A DNA stretch of 64,000 bases from Takakia lepidozioides (lineage: Eukaryota > Plantae > Bryophyta). Numbering within the stretch: position 1 is the first letter of the stretch; every line of letters begins with the position of its first letter. Of the stretch, positions 46,734 to 60,378 are shown piece by piece. The stretch lies in assembly GCA_030704615.1 (NCBI GenBank), contig CM060731.1:21080001-21144000 (forward strand), in the 5' to 3' direction. The notes beneath the pieces were generated by a model. That model was not told the origin of the DNA. It worked only from the letters and a program-made list of their open reading frames with translations, and searched no databases. Position numbers and translations under genes: made by a program.

Positions 46734-49700
46734 TCAAGAACACAGTTCAAGAGTGCTGATACATTCAATGTGGGGGGTTTGAGGGAACATGTCCACAGGT
46801 TGCACACTAAGCAATCGGTAGCGTGTTGGTGTCTCAGATCCCTCCTACCATCCAAAAATCCCACGGTTATTGTTTGCTTGCCCCACCAGTTCTCTTTTCT
46901 GTCTGTTGGTCCCTCTGTTTCATTAAGATAAAAGTCTTCTACTAAAAACAAACATATGGCAAAAGTAATGGCCCATCTACTTTTGTCAGGCTCCTCCTTT
47001 CCCCCTCACCCATTTCGCTGCATCCGACTAGGTGGCCAACAGGGTAGGCCAACCAAAAATCCGACGAGCACATTCTCAAAGGACTCCTATATGTTGGTGC
47101 AGACTGTCTACATGTTAGCCATTTTGGGATGTACACCATTGGGTCCTGCAGGAGCTATCCCAATGCAAAACATGAATGAATCAACACATAATCCATGACA
47201 GTGTCCACTTCTGAGTCATTCAGGCATACACCAAGAAAATCAGAAACAAGGTCCTGAAGAAATCCAAAAAAAGAAACTCACTTCATTATGGCATAGGAGG
47301 TCAAGGTCCCTGGCACAGGTGGCAGGGTTGCAGGAGATATAGACAATACGAGGCGCTTTCAGCTGCAACAAATAGCGAATAAGCTTTGGGTGCATTCCTG
47401 GCCTGTTGGGATCTGCATCAAGACAACGTCAAGGTGATGTGAAGGGGAAAAGTTTCATGGTAAATTTCTCAACAAATGTTAGTCATGATGTGGGACGGAG
47501 ATTTCCAAGAGCATGTGAGTACCAGATCAACCTCCCCAACACGAGAGAGAAGCAACAGTGGGAGGACAAGATATCTCTCTATGAACCCCCTATAAAAAAG
47601 TACACTTGAGGTAACAGTCCATGGGAATTCTAACCCTCTCCATGGAGACATGGAGAGGGAAAGGAGGTACCTGTAATTACAACATCAGGATGTGGAAAAT
47701 CCCTTCCAAAGTCCTCTGTCAGTTTGTTGAGGTCACCTCGAATGAAGGTAGCATTGTGGATACCATTCCTCTCAGCATTGCGCCGGGCGTCTGCTACAGC
47801 TTCAGGCACCAGCTCGAAGCCATACACATGCTTAACCCTGACCAACCCAATGCCACTGGGTATTAGTTACTGCTGTCGTTTGTCACAAAAAAACAAATTT
47901 CATCTTTAATTGGTGTTTGAGAGACTGAAGCTCAATGCCAATGTTACAATCCATTTCCAGCATGTACCCCTTTGGATCAGAAGGCAGCACTCACTTTTTG
48001 GCCATGCTGAGGCCGATGGTGCCAGTACCGCAGAAGAGATCCAATATAATTTCACTGTTGTTGCCTTTCAACATACACTCATCTTCCACCCTCTGATATA
48101 GCACCTCGGCCTGCAAATAACCATCCATTCATGCCCTTATACTACAGTCTCCACCTTTCTCAAGCATTTGGGCTTAGAGGCTAGCCAATAACTCATTTTA
48201 GTCATGCAAGAATGTGTGTTTTTGTGTAGAGACACTTAAGAGTTGCACTTCTGGGGTGCTACCTATAAACACTGCCTACAAGGTATGCTTGAGTAGTCCC
48301 CTAGAGGATATGTAGCCACCCACCAGCACACAACTCGCCTCCGATCACTGTAATGCTTGCCATAGCAATGAGAATCTGGTTGATAGGTGGCTAGCATGGA
48401 CAAGGTACTCAAAGGCATAATGTTGTTTCCAGAACTGCTTCTGTAGCCCTCCTGCTACAAGGACACACATGTGACTAACTCACTAAACACTTCAGGACAT
48501 ACGATTGACACATGAAATGGATGCTGGGGAGAGAATTGGGCCTGCAAAGAGTGTTCCAATGCAACTTGTATCAGAATTTACCTGCTCGGTGTTGGTCTGG
48601 AAAAAGGAGTTGGCCGATATCTCGAATACAAGACCCCGCAGGCGCTCTGTAATGAAACCTTTTCCATACAACACATGTTCTTTCTCTCCTACTGAGGTTG
48701 GTCCTATTGAAGTATTTACATTGTTCAGGATGCTCACCTGCATCAGCCCCACACCTCCACTCAGAGGACAAACAAGGCAGGCATGACTAATCTTCACTCA
48801 CCAGTAGATTGGAATAGCCGAATACAGTGTGAAGAAATGCTAGAAGCTAGGAAAATATCGACTTAGAACCATTTAAGTAACCCGACAATCACGTTTGAGA
48901 GCTTTACTTCATCTTAGAGGACAAACTAACTGCAAGTGGGTCAGAAGGGAATCAGTACGTTGCAAAAAGAAGAGAAGATGCAATGTTTCTACTAACAGGA
49001 TTTCATGGACCTGACTCAAAATGCTCGGGCAAGAGCTTTTACACATCTGAGCAAATTTGATGGCGTGGGTCCTTACCACTTGAGGGAACAATGACGTAAT
49101 TTGGTGTACCAAAGGTTGCAGGAGCTCCGGGTTGTCACTCTTTGTTACCACATTCACCATGAGCTGTAGGTCTCCTGTGTTACAATCCCTGCTCACTCAA
49201 ATTTGATGATGATGGGAAGAATTAGTTTCTGCCAGTCATGCACACGCACAATCGAGATGTACTGTTGCCAATGAGTAAGTCCACTTTGACACAAAATCGA
49301 GACTTCAACAATAAAAAATATTCTCTTGCAAAACTGAACAGGGGTTAAATGCTCTTAGTAACATTTATCACACGCTCCTCATAAAAGAGGTGGCTTGGGC
49401 CTCTAATGTAAGTAACAGAAGACACATCCTAAATACGAATACAACCAATGAGGCATGGAACAAATTCTGTGTTAGTGTGGACCTCAACAGAAAAGGGTGA
49501 GAGCAGCTAGCCCCACATGACACCCACTGCTTAAGCTGTCTTCTGCACAAGGCATTGTGAAAGATTGTTACAATAGTACGGCAACCGAACTGAATGGACG
49601 TTCTTTAAGTCACCTGCCAGATCGGATGGCTAGATGCTTGAGGAAACCCTCATAAGTGTGCACATTGTATGGTGGCAAATCTTCCACATTCTTTTCACCA

Positions 49701-51494
49701 AACTCCTGTATCAACTCCAGAACCTGCGAAGAATCATGAGATCCCCAGATGCAGCTTAGTTACCATAGTAGTTCAGTGGTCTGGTAAGGATTTGCTCAAT
49801 ATTGTAAGCTACAGGCTTGCACTTCCTCCATCCACTCCCTCCAATTCTTAGCACCTACAATGTGCAACAAGAAAAATATATTGACCCTCAAACAAGCCAG
49901 AAACAACATAGTCCTGGGTCCAACCATTGACCTTGCTCCATTTTTCATATTCCCAGTGCACACTCCCTAATTCTGAGAATCTCAAAAGTCAGCTCAGAAA
50001 TTCCACTACCCCTCACCAGACATGAAACATGTGGACAGACAATATGGCGGTAGAGAGAGAGAAAACATATTCTGACCTTATTTGCAACATCGTGCTGCAA
50101 TAAGCACTCGTTGACGGGCAATATTTTGTCGAATCTACCAGGGGCATGAAGACCCAAAGCAAACTCTCCCAATTTCTTATCCACATTTCCAGCTTCTTTG
50201 CTCGCAGGCAGGTACTCCTCAAGGGGTGTCCACTTTTGTGTCCCGAATGAGAACTCCATCTGAAATTCATACAGATATTGAGGCTTTTACATAGCAGTGT
50301 GTCAACAACATATTTTTCAAACTAGGTTCTTTGCAACACTAAGGTATCCAAGCATATGGCACACCAAAATCCCCTTGCCAAAGCACAGGACCATACAAGC
50401 AAACAAAACTACTGACTTACTAGATAGTGACAACCTTAGGCTTTACAGAGCTTGAAGATTTTGATGGTTAAACTACAGGTTTATTGCATCCAGTAAATCT
50501 GCAAGGGGATAGAGAAAGTGGGTACCTTATTACGATAATGATATTGAGACACACATGGCACTATTGGCATCATATAGCAATATGGATCTCCTAAAGCAGG
50601 GCTCTGGCCAAATCTGCCGACACGTGCGATCAATTCGTGGACCTGCTGCTGCTTGGCCATCAATTGGGCCTCGTATGCCAGGTTTTGTGTCTTGCAGCCC
50701 CCACACTCTCCAAAGTGCTCACATGGAGCAGTCACGGCATTATCATGAGCCGACAATGTCTTCAGCTTGTATGCCTGCATTCAAAGAACTTGTAATCAAG
50801 TACAATGTCTTCAGCTTCCGCACCTCAAATGGATTATGCAGGGACAAAATCTTGCAAGTGGATGGAAGAGTGGACACTATTACCTTAGGCCGGAAGGTAA
50901 GTAAAACTTGGAGCCAGCATATAAAACTTGTACGTACATGCCTCCTTGGCCGAAAGGCTAGAATGGGTAGAGAGTTACAAAACACCCGGGGTGATGATCG
51001 TCTGTGAGAGAACCAAACTATTTTAAACATACCTCTGCAAATCCTTTCTTTTTTTTGCGAATGCGAGCCATCAGACGCTCACCCGGGAGAGCTCTTTCAC
51101 AAAACACCACGAACCCAGTGTCCACAACCCTGCACACTCCAAGTCCCTTGTACGCAAGGCTGTCACACACCAGCTCGAGATCCTGGCCCAATTTAGGGAA
51201 ATATGGTTTCTTTACCCGCTTTGCACCCTCTGATTGCAACACAGTAGCCTCAACAGATGAATGGGTTCCTTCTTCCCCATTCCTGGTCACTTCCACAGTC
51301 TCACTGCATTCGACTCCAGTGCTTGACGCTGCTATGACAAGGGTCTGGTACTTTGCATTGGATGTGTAACCAATATCTGGAAAGCGCATAGATGGAGACC
51401 ATGACTTCTGTGAACGCGTATGCACAGAGGCGAGGCAGCGACCCCACAAGGAAGAAGCAGCCATGGTCGCGAGAGGCGTCACCATGGCCTTCAT
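46734..51494 (-). CDS. TrmA/RlmD-family RNA (uracil-5)-methyltransferase with TRAM domain, probably organelle-targeted
   Basis: TRAM (LAYKGLGV..RALPGE), CEHFGECGGC, YRNK|MEFSF, FEISANSFFQTN, LDLFCGTGTIG, DPNRPGMH, YISCNPATCARD, VDMFPQTPHIE; stop at 46736-46734; multi-exon. Confidence 0.93.
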
Positions 51495-51841
51495 GTCTCC
51501 ATAGTAGCCAAAAGCTTCAAATGGAAATTAGGGTTCAGGGTTTTACACTTGAGCTGTTTGAAAAAGGGTGGATGGATAAAGGTTCACTCACCCAGTCCCT
51601 ACGTTATCCCTTCCTTCTCATTTGGGCTCAAATAATTTCTGAGCTCGTCTACATCCTTCTATGCTGGACATGGGTTTAGAGTAGAACTGGCTGGTTATGC
51701 AACAATCTATGCTTGCGATGTGTCTTCTCAGTCACAGAGGGCAGTCAAGTACAGGGTAGAAGTTGATAATCCATCTCCTCAATCTCGCTCTCATGCTGTG
51801 TCCGGAAGCAAAATCCATCAACATAGCCTCCTTTGAGCTAA

Positions 51842-54800
51842 ATGTCAATGCCAGAGGTCTTTCCAAGGTTCCCTCGCACAGCAGCTTCCATCACTACTAC
51901 TTCTCCTACCTCGACCCGTTCCTTGATCCCTCTCACCTTTCCGCGTGCTGCCAAGACGTCTCCTTCATGTCTATCTTGTTTAGTAGGATCACTTGTCTCG
52001 CTTCCTTTGTCTTCCAGCTGTTGCTCATCACTGGTCTCTGTGGGGGTTGATTCTCTATCATGTTCCTCCCTGAACGCTCTCGATTTAAGGCGGTCCTCCC
52101 TCACCCGGGGAACCATTCGCACAAATGTTTCCAGGACAATGTGTGGAGCTGCTGTGGCTGAAATTGTTTTGGAAAATGCGGTTCCCAAGGTGGCTATTTC
52201 TTTTCTGTATCACTCTCACCATACAGGTACACAGACGTGATCAGGTACGCTAAATGGGTCGTCCTTGACTGTAGGAGAGATGTGGCCCTTCCATGTCACC
52301 CTACCTGGAGGGCCTGTATCTCGTGGAGTCAATGACCTTAAGGCTATGGCATTGTGAGGCATTATCGTAAATCTCAGAACACGAAAAAACTTTGACCGAG
52401 AGAAGCACACTCGCTCTCTCTCTTTCTCTGTTTGACTGTCTGTCTTTTCTGAAGGGCCTACCTACCCTCGGCACTAGACTGAAATTTAAACTGAGGTCGG
52501 GGAGTCTACCTTTGCAGATGCAGAGAGGAAAGGGACATTGCCAATGCCTGATGTGTGGGCGGCGAACACAATAGCCATTTTCTGATGCAATCTCTGGGTT
52601 ATTCTCCTCAGAGAGCGACCCTTTCCAGGACGATCAAGTACATAGTCCCACAACGGTACGCAAACTTTCAAAATCTGGAGGCCGAGCCTAAAGCCCTGGC
52701 CCTGTTAGGGTCTAATTGCCGGGCAGCTGACACACAGCAGATTGATGCTTGTGTGAAGGGATTTCTTCTGGAAATCCTGATCTCAGTTTCTACCAAGGTA
52801 AGTCCCACACTGGAGTGAGAGCCTCACAAAGGTAGTGTCTGTTCCCTCTTGTTCTGCCCAAACTGGGTGCGAGGTCTATGGCCACAAGACTACGGCAATC
52901 AATGTCTCATGAGTACACAGACTTTCTCTCTCTCTCTCTCAATTTGGCTGTCAAGTTGATGGTCTGGTAACTAGCTTTCAAAAAAAGAAGTGGCAAGCCA
53001 GCATCAAATTAATTACACAAGTAATGAGCCTTCCGCCATGATGATGGCCCTTTTAGTGGCCCCTCCCTCTTGCTTGCAAACTTGTCCAAGCCAGGGATGG
53101 GATCCTGCTGCGCAAGCAAAGTTGAATGAGTATATCCTCTCTTTCCTCTATCCCATGTTGTACGGAAAACATCATTTTGACACTAGTGTGTACCTTCCCG
53201 ACCAACCAGAACAGACATAAAGAACAAACACCATAAAGGAAAGGTCTCTGCTTGTTAGTTTCAAATTTGTTTGTTCATCTTTTTTCTGGCATCCTCATGA
53301 AATTTTTAACGTAGGGGTTTTTCAGCGGAGAAACACATCTGGAGCACAATGGAGACCTGACGTGAGCCAAGACATGCTGGAGGTCATTGCAGAAATCCAA
53401 CATGGGGCAGATGTTGAGGCAATTTTGACGCCATGGGTTAACAAATTGTCGCCTGAAGAATGGAATAAGCTGGTGAATAGGGTCGCCGAGAATGATTGTG
53501 TGCTTGCCCTCCAAGCCTTTCGTGTCCTGAAAACCCAAAGTGCTTTGGCGCCAGTGACTCCAGCAAGCACAGGAGAAGAGACAGATTGCCTCCGTTCAAA
53601 GTACTATCTTTTGACTTCATTTTTGGAGAATTTTGTTTTGCAATTAAGAGTGTGCTTATGAATGCCACCTGAGATTCTAGGGTGTCAAAAGTATCTTATC
53701 TGGTTTTTTGGTAGCTTGGGCTATCAGTGGTTAGCCACTTCAGACACCCGTGGTTTATTGAAATGCTCTCCATATGTGCTTGGTGGGAAAGCAATGTTTG
53801 AGGATCCGGGCGCCCCATACTCGGGATCTGCACTGATGTTGAAGCTCTGATAACTGCTGAGCCTTACAACTCCTTTGGACAAGGATCTCATTTGTTCTAG
53901 CAATAAGCTACCAGAGAGGCGATTTCAGTTGATGCAAACAAAACAGCTTGGTAGAGTTGCATGACTGCACCTTGGTTGTGAGGCAGTGAGGCATCCACAC
54001 AAGGGTTGGAAATTGACGGTGATAGTAGAGCCCCGCTCATGTGGGAAGTATTCAGATTACTTGTCTGCTTCTTCACATATCTTTTAATTGAGGTCCTTTC
54101 CAGGCTTGGCAGAATAAACTGTACTTTAAGACTTTGCTTTAGCCTTGTGGCCATAGACCCAGCACCAGTTTGGACTGAAACATGAGCTAGGCAGAAAAGA
54201 TTGTAGGTATGAGATTGCTGCTCTCTTAATGCTACAACATTTAGTTCTGTCATGTTGGTAATGGATATACTACAGGGAGATAATGACGAGATGGCTGAAG
54301 GCCTACACAACCCTTGCAGCAGTGCTAGCGAGGCATGGGAGAGAGGATGAGGTAGAGGTACTTGTGGGAGAAATGAAGCAAGCGGGAGTGGAGCCTGACA
54401 TATTTCTGTTTAATTCACTTGTGAGGGGATATGCAAGCCAGGGCTTAGTCCTACATGCCTCGCGAGTGTTGCTCCAAATGGAGAAACATGGCATTCAACC
54501 CAACAGTGTAACTTATGACAGAGTAAGTATCATTCTTTTCTCTTTGATTCAGCTCGCTTGTAGCTGGATTGTCATTGGCTGTGTGGGCGGTACTATCGTT
54601 TATGGATGAGCTTCTTTTGCCCTTGTGCCCCCCCCCGTCCACTCTGGGTAGTGCGGGGGACTATGTCCTGCAGTATGTTGTTGTAGCCAACGTTTCAAGG
54701 GAACAGTCAAACTGTTCATCGTTAATTCAGCTTCCTCCTGTTCCCTAGAGTGGTACTGACAGTACCATGACAGCAGTATAGTGAGAAGTTCTATCAGTCT

Positions 54801-57800
54801 TGTGATAACCAAGCTGATTGTAAGATTTGAGTATCTTGTGTATGCCCAGGTGATTGCAGCGTATTTGGGTGTGGAGGAACCCCAGGTGGACAAAGCTGTG
54901 CAACTGCTGCGTGGATTACGCTCTAGCAAATGCACGGTGCACTACAAAACGCTTTCGGAGTTGATAAAGGCTTGTTGGCTTGCAGATCGGGTAAAGGATG
55001 CTGATGAGGTTTTCTCTGACATGCAAGCTGCTGGTTACGTTCCTGACATCAAGGTTAAACTGCCCTTCCCTCCCCTGGGCTGCTTGCACTAGTACCTGGA
55101 ATCGGCATTCTGTTTGTAGGATGATGTTTAAACCTGGGTGGCTGTGTTATGAGCATTGCAACTTCATCATAAACACCAAAATTGGAGGGTTAGGTCTTAT
55201 TAGCCAGCCATCACACGGACGATCATGAGTAGATCTCCCTGTGTCACATGCAGATGCAGACTGCCAGCCATATCATATCTTGCTTTTTCAGTGATGTAGA
55301 ATCATTGAAAACCCAGATTGGCACGTGTTCTTTTCTGACAGATGACTGTTGGTGTCAGGATTGGATCAAGATGATGCAACTTCATGGACGGAATGGCAAC
55401 TGCAAAGTAGTAGAGGCCTTGTTTCACAAGTCAAGAGAGGCAGGATTGGTTGCATCAGGGGGCATATATGATGCACTTCTGCTGGGTTACTGCCGAGCAG
55501 GGCTCTCTGATCAAGCCCTGAGTGTCTTTCGGGAATACAAACTGGTAGGTATTCTCCCTGCCTTTGTACCCATTCTGGGAGGAATGATGAAGCATCTGCA
55601 TAATGTATTTTGTACCATTGTAGGGTGCTTGTTCTCTGACTACGTTGCAGAGCATGATACCTTCATTTGTAAGGTTGATTCTGGTCTTCAGATTTCTTCA
55701 GGAAAGCTCTTTGACCATAGAAGAATATCCTGTTCTTTAATTTGAAGGAGGGTGATGGCTTTTGTCTTAAGCCTTTGAATTGCATTTTACAAAAGGCATC
55801 TTTCTTGCCTCAAGCTTCCAGAGCCATGTCCTGAGATAGCAACTGCAGAGCCCAACACAGAGATGTCTGTCTCCTGCAAAAGTAGCGAGTATAGAAGTGC
55901 AGTGCATTAAACAATGTACACCATCAACATTTAAGCGGATTAACAGCAAGAGCTCACCGCCATACATATATCTATCTCTAACAAACCTGTCTTCTGGCTG
56001 GACAGAATATGAAACCCTCACTGGTGGCGTACAATATGGCAATCGATGCAAGTGGCAAAAGTGGCCGGCATAAGGAAGCAGTGAAACTGTATGTGGAGTT
56101 GATTGACGCTGGTTATCGCCCCTCCACTGTTACCTACACCTCCCTCATCTCTGCTGTAGTTCAAGGTGGCCGGTATGAGAAAGCTGAGGAGCTGTATGAA
56201 AGGATGTTACGAGACAAAGTGTCACCCAGTCTGCACACATATGCAACAATGATTCATGCATACTCCTTGCGTGGCTGGACCAAAGTAGGGCATGAGGTGA
56301 GTACGCTGGTTACTTTGCCTACCATTATGTACTCTCTGTCTCTCTCTCTGTCTCTCTCTCTGTCTCTCTCTCGTGTTCCGCTCAAACTGGGCACGGGGTC
56401 AATGGCCACAAGGCAACGGCGAACAACACTTTTGAGTACATTCTCTCTCTCTCTCTCTCTAGCGGGTCTAAAGGCCACGGCAAACGTCTTAGGAGAATAT
56501 TTCTCTCTCCCTCTGCCCCACGTTTGCCATCCCAAAATGTGTTGCCAACATATGCCATTAATGGGTCTCATTGCAAATGGCTGGGTGGCCTCTGATGTAT
56601 CAGCATGAATAAATCTCTAAGAAGGTGCTAATGAGGTCAGAATGAATGGAGGACTGAAACCTGAACTAAGGGATAAACATTTTTAATTAATAACTAGCTC
56701 TTTGTACAAAGTTATCATTCATACTCAAAAGAACAGAAACAAAATCGTTTGTTTGAACAGGCTTGGTTATAGAGAAAACAACCATCCAATTGCAGAACAA
56801 TCACCTTCGTATGTGTCCATGCAAGAGCTAGAAATCAGTTTTCATCAAGCGATACCACTCTAGGTTGGTCTCTGTAGCTGGTCTTTTCACTTGCATTTCT
56901 CAATGTGGTTTAGCTCCTTTTGGAAGTCCAGGTTAGTTGAAAGGCGATGATCGTAGTCTGCAGTGTAAAGTTCAGTAATATATATGTGTTTTGATTGCCC
57001 TGCAGGTGTACCTGACTGCAATGGCCACCATTGGGGATGTGGCCAATGACATCATTTATGGCGCAGTCCTGGATCTGTATGTGCGGGGACGTTGGTATTC
57101 GCATGCTGCAGATGTACTACAAGACATGGAGACAAAAGGTGTGGAACCAGACCGTTCAGGCTATGGGGTTGTGATCTCTGCTTGTAGGGAATTAGACAAT
57201 GAGGCATTTTCTCCCTTGGCAAAGGCAATGCAAAACAGCAAATTTGAACCACTTAGCGTGGCATATCAACTCGTGTTCTCTCCTCCAGCTGGGGACTCAC
57301 TAGTAACGATGCATGAAGCTGGAAATGACCCCACCCCAATACAAGATGCACGAGATTCACAAGATGATGTAGAGGGCTCCAATGCTTTGGAGCATGATAG
57401 GGTGGTGGAGGATGTGACAGCGTTCTTCGAGAGCTTTGCAACAACAAGGGACAGAGAGACAAATGCATCACTGTATAGTGCCCTTCTGGATGTTCTGTGG
57501 AGAAGAAGGTTGAGGAGAAGAGCCAAGTCAGTGATGCTGAAGGCTAGGGGTTTACTTGAATGGTACAATCGCCCTCATTTTGGGGAGACTGTGTGGTCTT
57601 TGGACTTGAGAGGCACATCGGTGGGAGCTGCCCAGGTGGCGCTGGTACATTGGCTAGGGGAAGTGGTTGTTAGGGCTGAAACTCGAACTGTAACTCCATC
57701 AAAGCTAATTCTCATAACAGGGGGGCGAGGAAAGGATGGTGGAAATCCTACTCCCGATTATGTTGGCCGAGGTCAAGGAAATGGAGCAGTAAAGCAGGCA

Positions 57801-57944
57801 ATAGAAGCTACTCTAAAGGACATTGGGGCACCATTCGTGGATGCGTCTGCTTCTTCAGGTCCAGTTCAGTTGCAAGCACAGACAGAGGATGTGTTACGAT
57901 GGGTTGTAGCACATGAGGATCTTATAAAACTTGTGGATTCCTGA
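51842..57944 (+). CDS. P-type PPR protein with C-terminal SMR domain (pTAC2/GUN1/SVR7 group), probably plastid-targeted
   Basis: Ser/Thr-rich transit-like exon 1; PPR motifs (GVEPDIFLFNSLV, KPSLVAYNMAID, RPSTVTYTSLI); YSALLDVLW..WSLDLRGTSVGAAQVAL..W..LITG.G SMR signature. Exon boundaries approximate. Confidence 0.88.
52440..52940 (+). mobile_element. LINE 3' fragment with a degenerate C-terminal Cys/His knuckle and (CT)n tail
   Basis: KLRSGSLPL..CLMCG-E..HFL..Y..R..LALLG..IDACVKGFL; a shorter copy lies at 56372-56460. Confidence 0.7.
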
Positions 57945-58652
57945 AGATATCTATGAGGCATGTGCAATTTTACTTTCTTGTGCACTGAGAGCGGTGGAAA
58001 GTGTGAAAAATTTGAATGCATAGAGACTACAGATAAACCACAAGATTTAGGATCATCTCCTGTCCATCCATTGTGAATTCCTTCAACTTAAAAACTGGAT
58101 GCAGGGTACAACAGTTGTGAGAGTAAAGTAGAGAGAAATGGCATTTTGAGTCATGAACTTCAAGCAATTGATCAAAGTTTATACACATAAAACATGCCTG
58201 GCAGATATTGAGGCACATGAAATTGTACCATCTTTTGCACTGAAAGAGCTGGGTTTGATTGCATAGAGATGATCAGGGGATTAAAAACCAGAGCCGAGAG
58301 TAACCTGACAGTTTGAGAAATAGGTTCACTGTTCACTTCAAGCAATGGAAGTTATAAGTGCATAGACAACAACTTGGCCTGATGCAACACTCGAAGAAGA
58401 AAACCCAAACCCAGCACAGTTGACAAGCAGCTGGACTCCATGTATTGCTCATTGGCTGGCGACAACTTCAAAGTTCAGACATGACTCTCTAAAAACATTT
58501 AAGAAAAAATAAGGTTTATATCCTTGCAAGTTGCAACATGCTCATTGTTTTCCCTGTATGTAGGGCAGGGGCAAACAAGCAACAGCAAAAAGCTTTTGAT
58601 TCACAATCTAGTCATTAGCTGAACGTTTAGATCATCAACACGAGCTTCATAA

Positions 58653-59810
58653 TTAGCAGGCCGGCTTCGCCTTTTTCACACCCACTATGGATTGCCTAAC
58701 AAGAACCCCAATGCACCATGTGGATCCCCTCCAATGCCCTCCTGCTTCGTTTTGTCCTCTCACTTCCGGCCACCACCACCACCACCCTACAGCTTTTGGA
58801 GGCCATAGAGGCCCTGAGCATGGAGGGCAAGTGACTGGTGGTTGAAGAACTGCAGTTTGTGTAACCGGTTCTGAAGGTTTCACCAAGCAAAGGGAACGTG
58901 GAACACTTAAGCCCTGCTGGAAAAATGGATGCATGAGTGCCTCTGATGCAGTTAGCCTCTTGCTGGGATCCCATGCACATAGAGCTGAAATGAGATTGAT
59001 GGCTTCAGGGCCTGCAGATGGTATATGAAGAGAAAGATCACGTGAAGAATACGAAGGAAAACGGAAGTTCAGATCAGCTGCCATCTCCATTCCCCGACAC
59101 CATGTGTTCTTGTTTGGCCACATGTTCTTGTTCGGCGCCCCAAGTACCTGACAAATCCTGGTAATTTGATCCAATTCATCGCTACCGGGAAATAAGGGCC
59201 TCAGTGTGAACAATTGTGCCATGATTGCTCCCATTGCCCACATGTCTATAGCTGCACCGTAGATCGAGGAGCCAAGTAAGAGTTCCGGTGCACGATACCA
59301 TCGAGTGCCCACATAAGAATTATACGGTGGACGCGATCCAACTTGTTTTGCCATCCCAAAATCAGCAATCTTTATGGTATCCTTGGTAACTAACAAGTTA
59401 TCCGGTTTCAAATCCCGATGGAAATACCCACGGTGATGCATATGCGCAAGTGCATGGAAGAGTTGAAAACACCACCCTCGTACTTGTGCTTCAGAAAGGA
59501 GTTCCCCCGTGTCCTGTCTCTTTCGGATTACCTGTAAAAGATTTCTTTCCATGTACTCAAACACAAGGAACAAGTGACCCCTTTCTCTTGGTACTAGATG
59601 AGCTCCAAGTAGCTTCACAATATTTGAGTGTTCCAAGCTTCGAAGGCACTTCACCTCTACCAATTTCGTCATGCACTCATCCAATGAATTAAACTTCACA
59701 TTCTTCATCATCTTGATGGCGACAATCTCGTTGGTTATCTTGTCCCTGCCCTTCCTGACAAATCCGAAACTGCCCTCACCCAACTTCTCACTGATTATAT
59801 ATCGATCCAT
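58653..59810 (-). CDS. MAK/MHK-like Ser/Thr kinase (CMGC group), intronless
   Basis: MDRY..LGEGSFG, VAIK, HRGYFHRDLKPDNLL, KIADFG, YVGTRWYRAPE, LCAWDP.KR; ATG at 59810. Confidence 0.92.
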   Translation of the reverse strand: MDRYIISEKLGEGSFGFVRKGRDKITNEIVAIKMMKNVKFNSLDECMTKLVEVKCLRSLEHSNIVKLLGAHLVPRERGHLFLVFEYMERNLLQVIRKRQDTGELLSEAQVRGWCFQLFHALAHMHHRGYFHRDLKPDNLLVTKDTIKIADFGMAKQVGSRPPYNSYVGTRWYRAPELLLGSSIYGAAIDMWAMGAIMAQLFTLRPLFPGSDELDQITRICQVLGAPNKNMWPNKNTWCRGMEMAADLNFRFPSYSSRDLSLHIPSAGPEAINLISALCAWDPSKRLTASEALMHPFFQQGLSVPRSLCLVKPSEPVTQTAVLQPPVTCPPCSGPLWPPKAVGWWWWWPEVRGQNEAGGHWRGSTWCIGVLVRQSIVGVKKAKPAC

Positions 59811-60378
59811 CGATGACACCGTACAAAGAGATCTCCTCACAAAAATAATCCACAAAACATCATCGTGCAATTACTTCAAGAGCTTCCAAATCATCAGCAG
59901 ATGTCTAGATGTCCGAAGACCGGCCCTGTAGCTGCAAAATTTCACTGCCAGAATTTTTGTTCCTTCACCTTTCCTGCCTCAGAATTCGTCAGCAACGCAG
60001 CTGTGGCGTCTCAAGGAAATGGGCAGAGTGGGTGGTGCTGCGTACAAGCAGCTCTAAACGATTTCCTCCCGCCCACACACACTCTACAAACTAACACCTC
60101 CACCACCACCTCACTTCAAACGCGCAGTGCTAGCAAAGCAGATCAGGAGGCCGATATATACGATCCTGATCAAAGTTGGGTAACTAAAAAGCTGTGTATA
60201 TTTGGCATTTCTCGCACTTTCTCTTGCTTTCTCTTTTCTGTTTCGTTTTTTTTTTCTCTTTTCTTCACAAAGCAGCCAGATTTTTTTCTTCAAAGAATGT
60301 TCTTAAAAAGGGAAAACACGCAGTGGGGGCTACAGCCACGCTCACAAATCAGGCCCATAGTGACAGGAGAAAATAACC

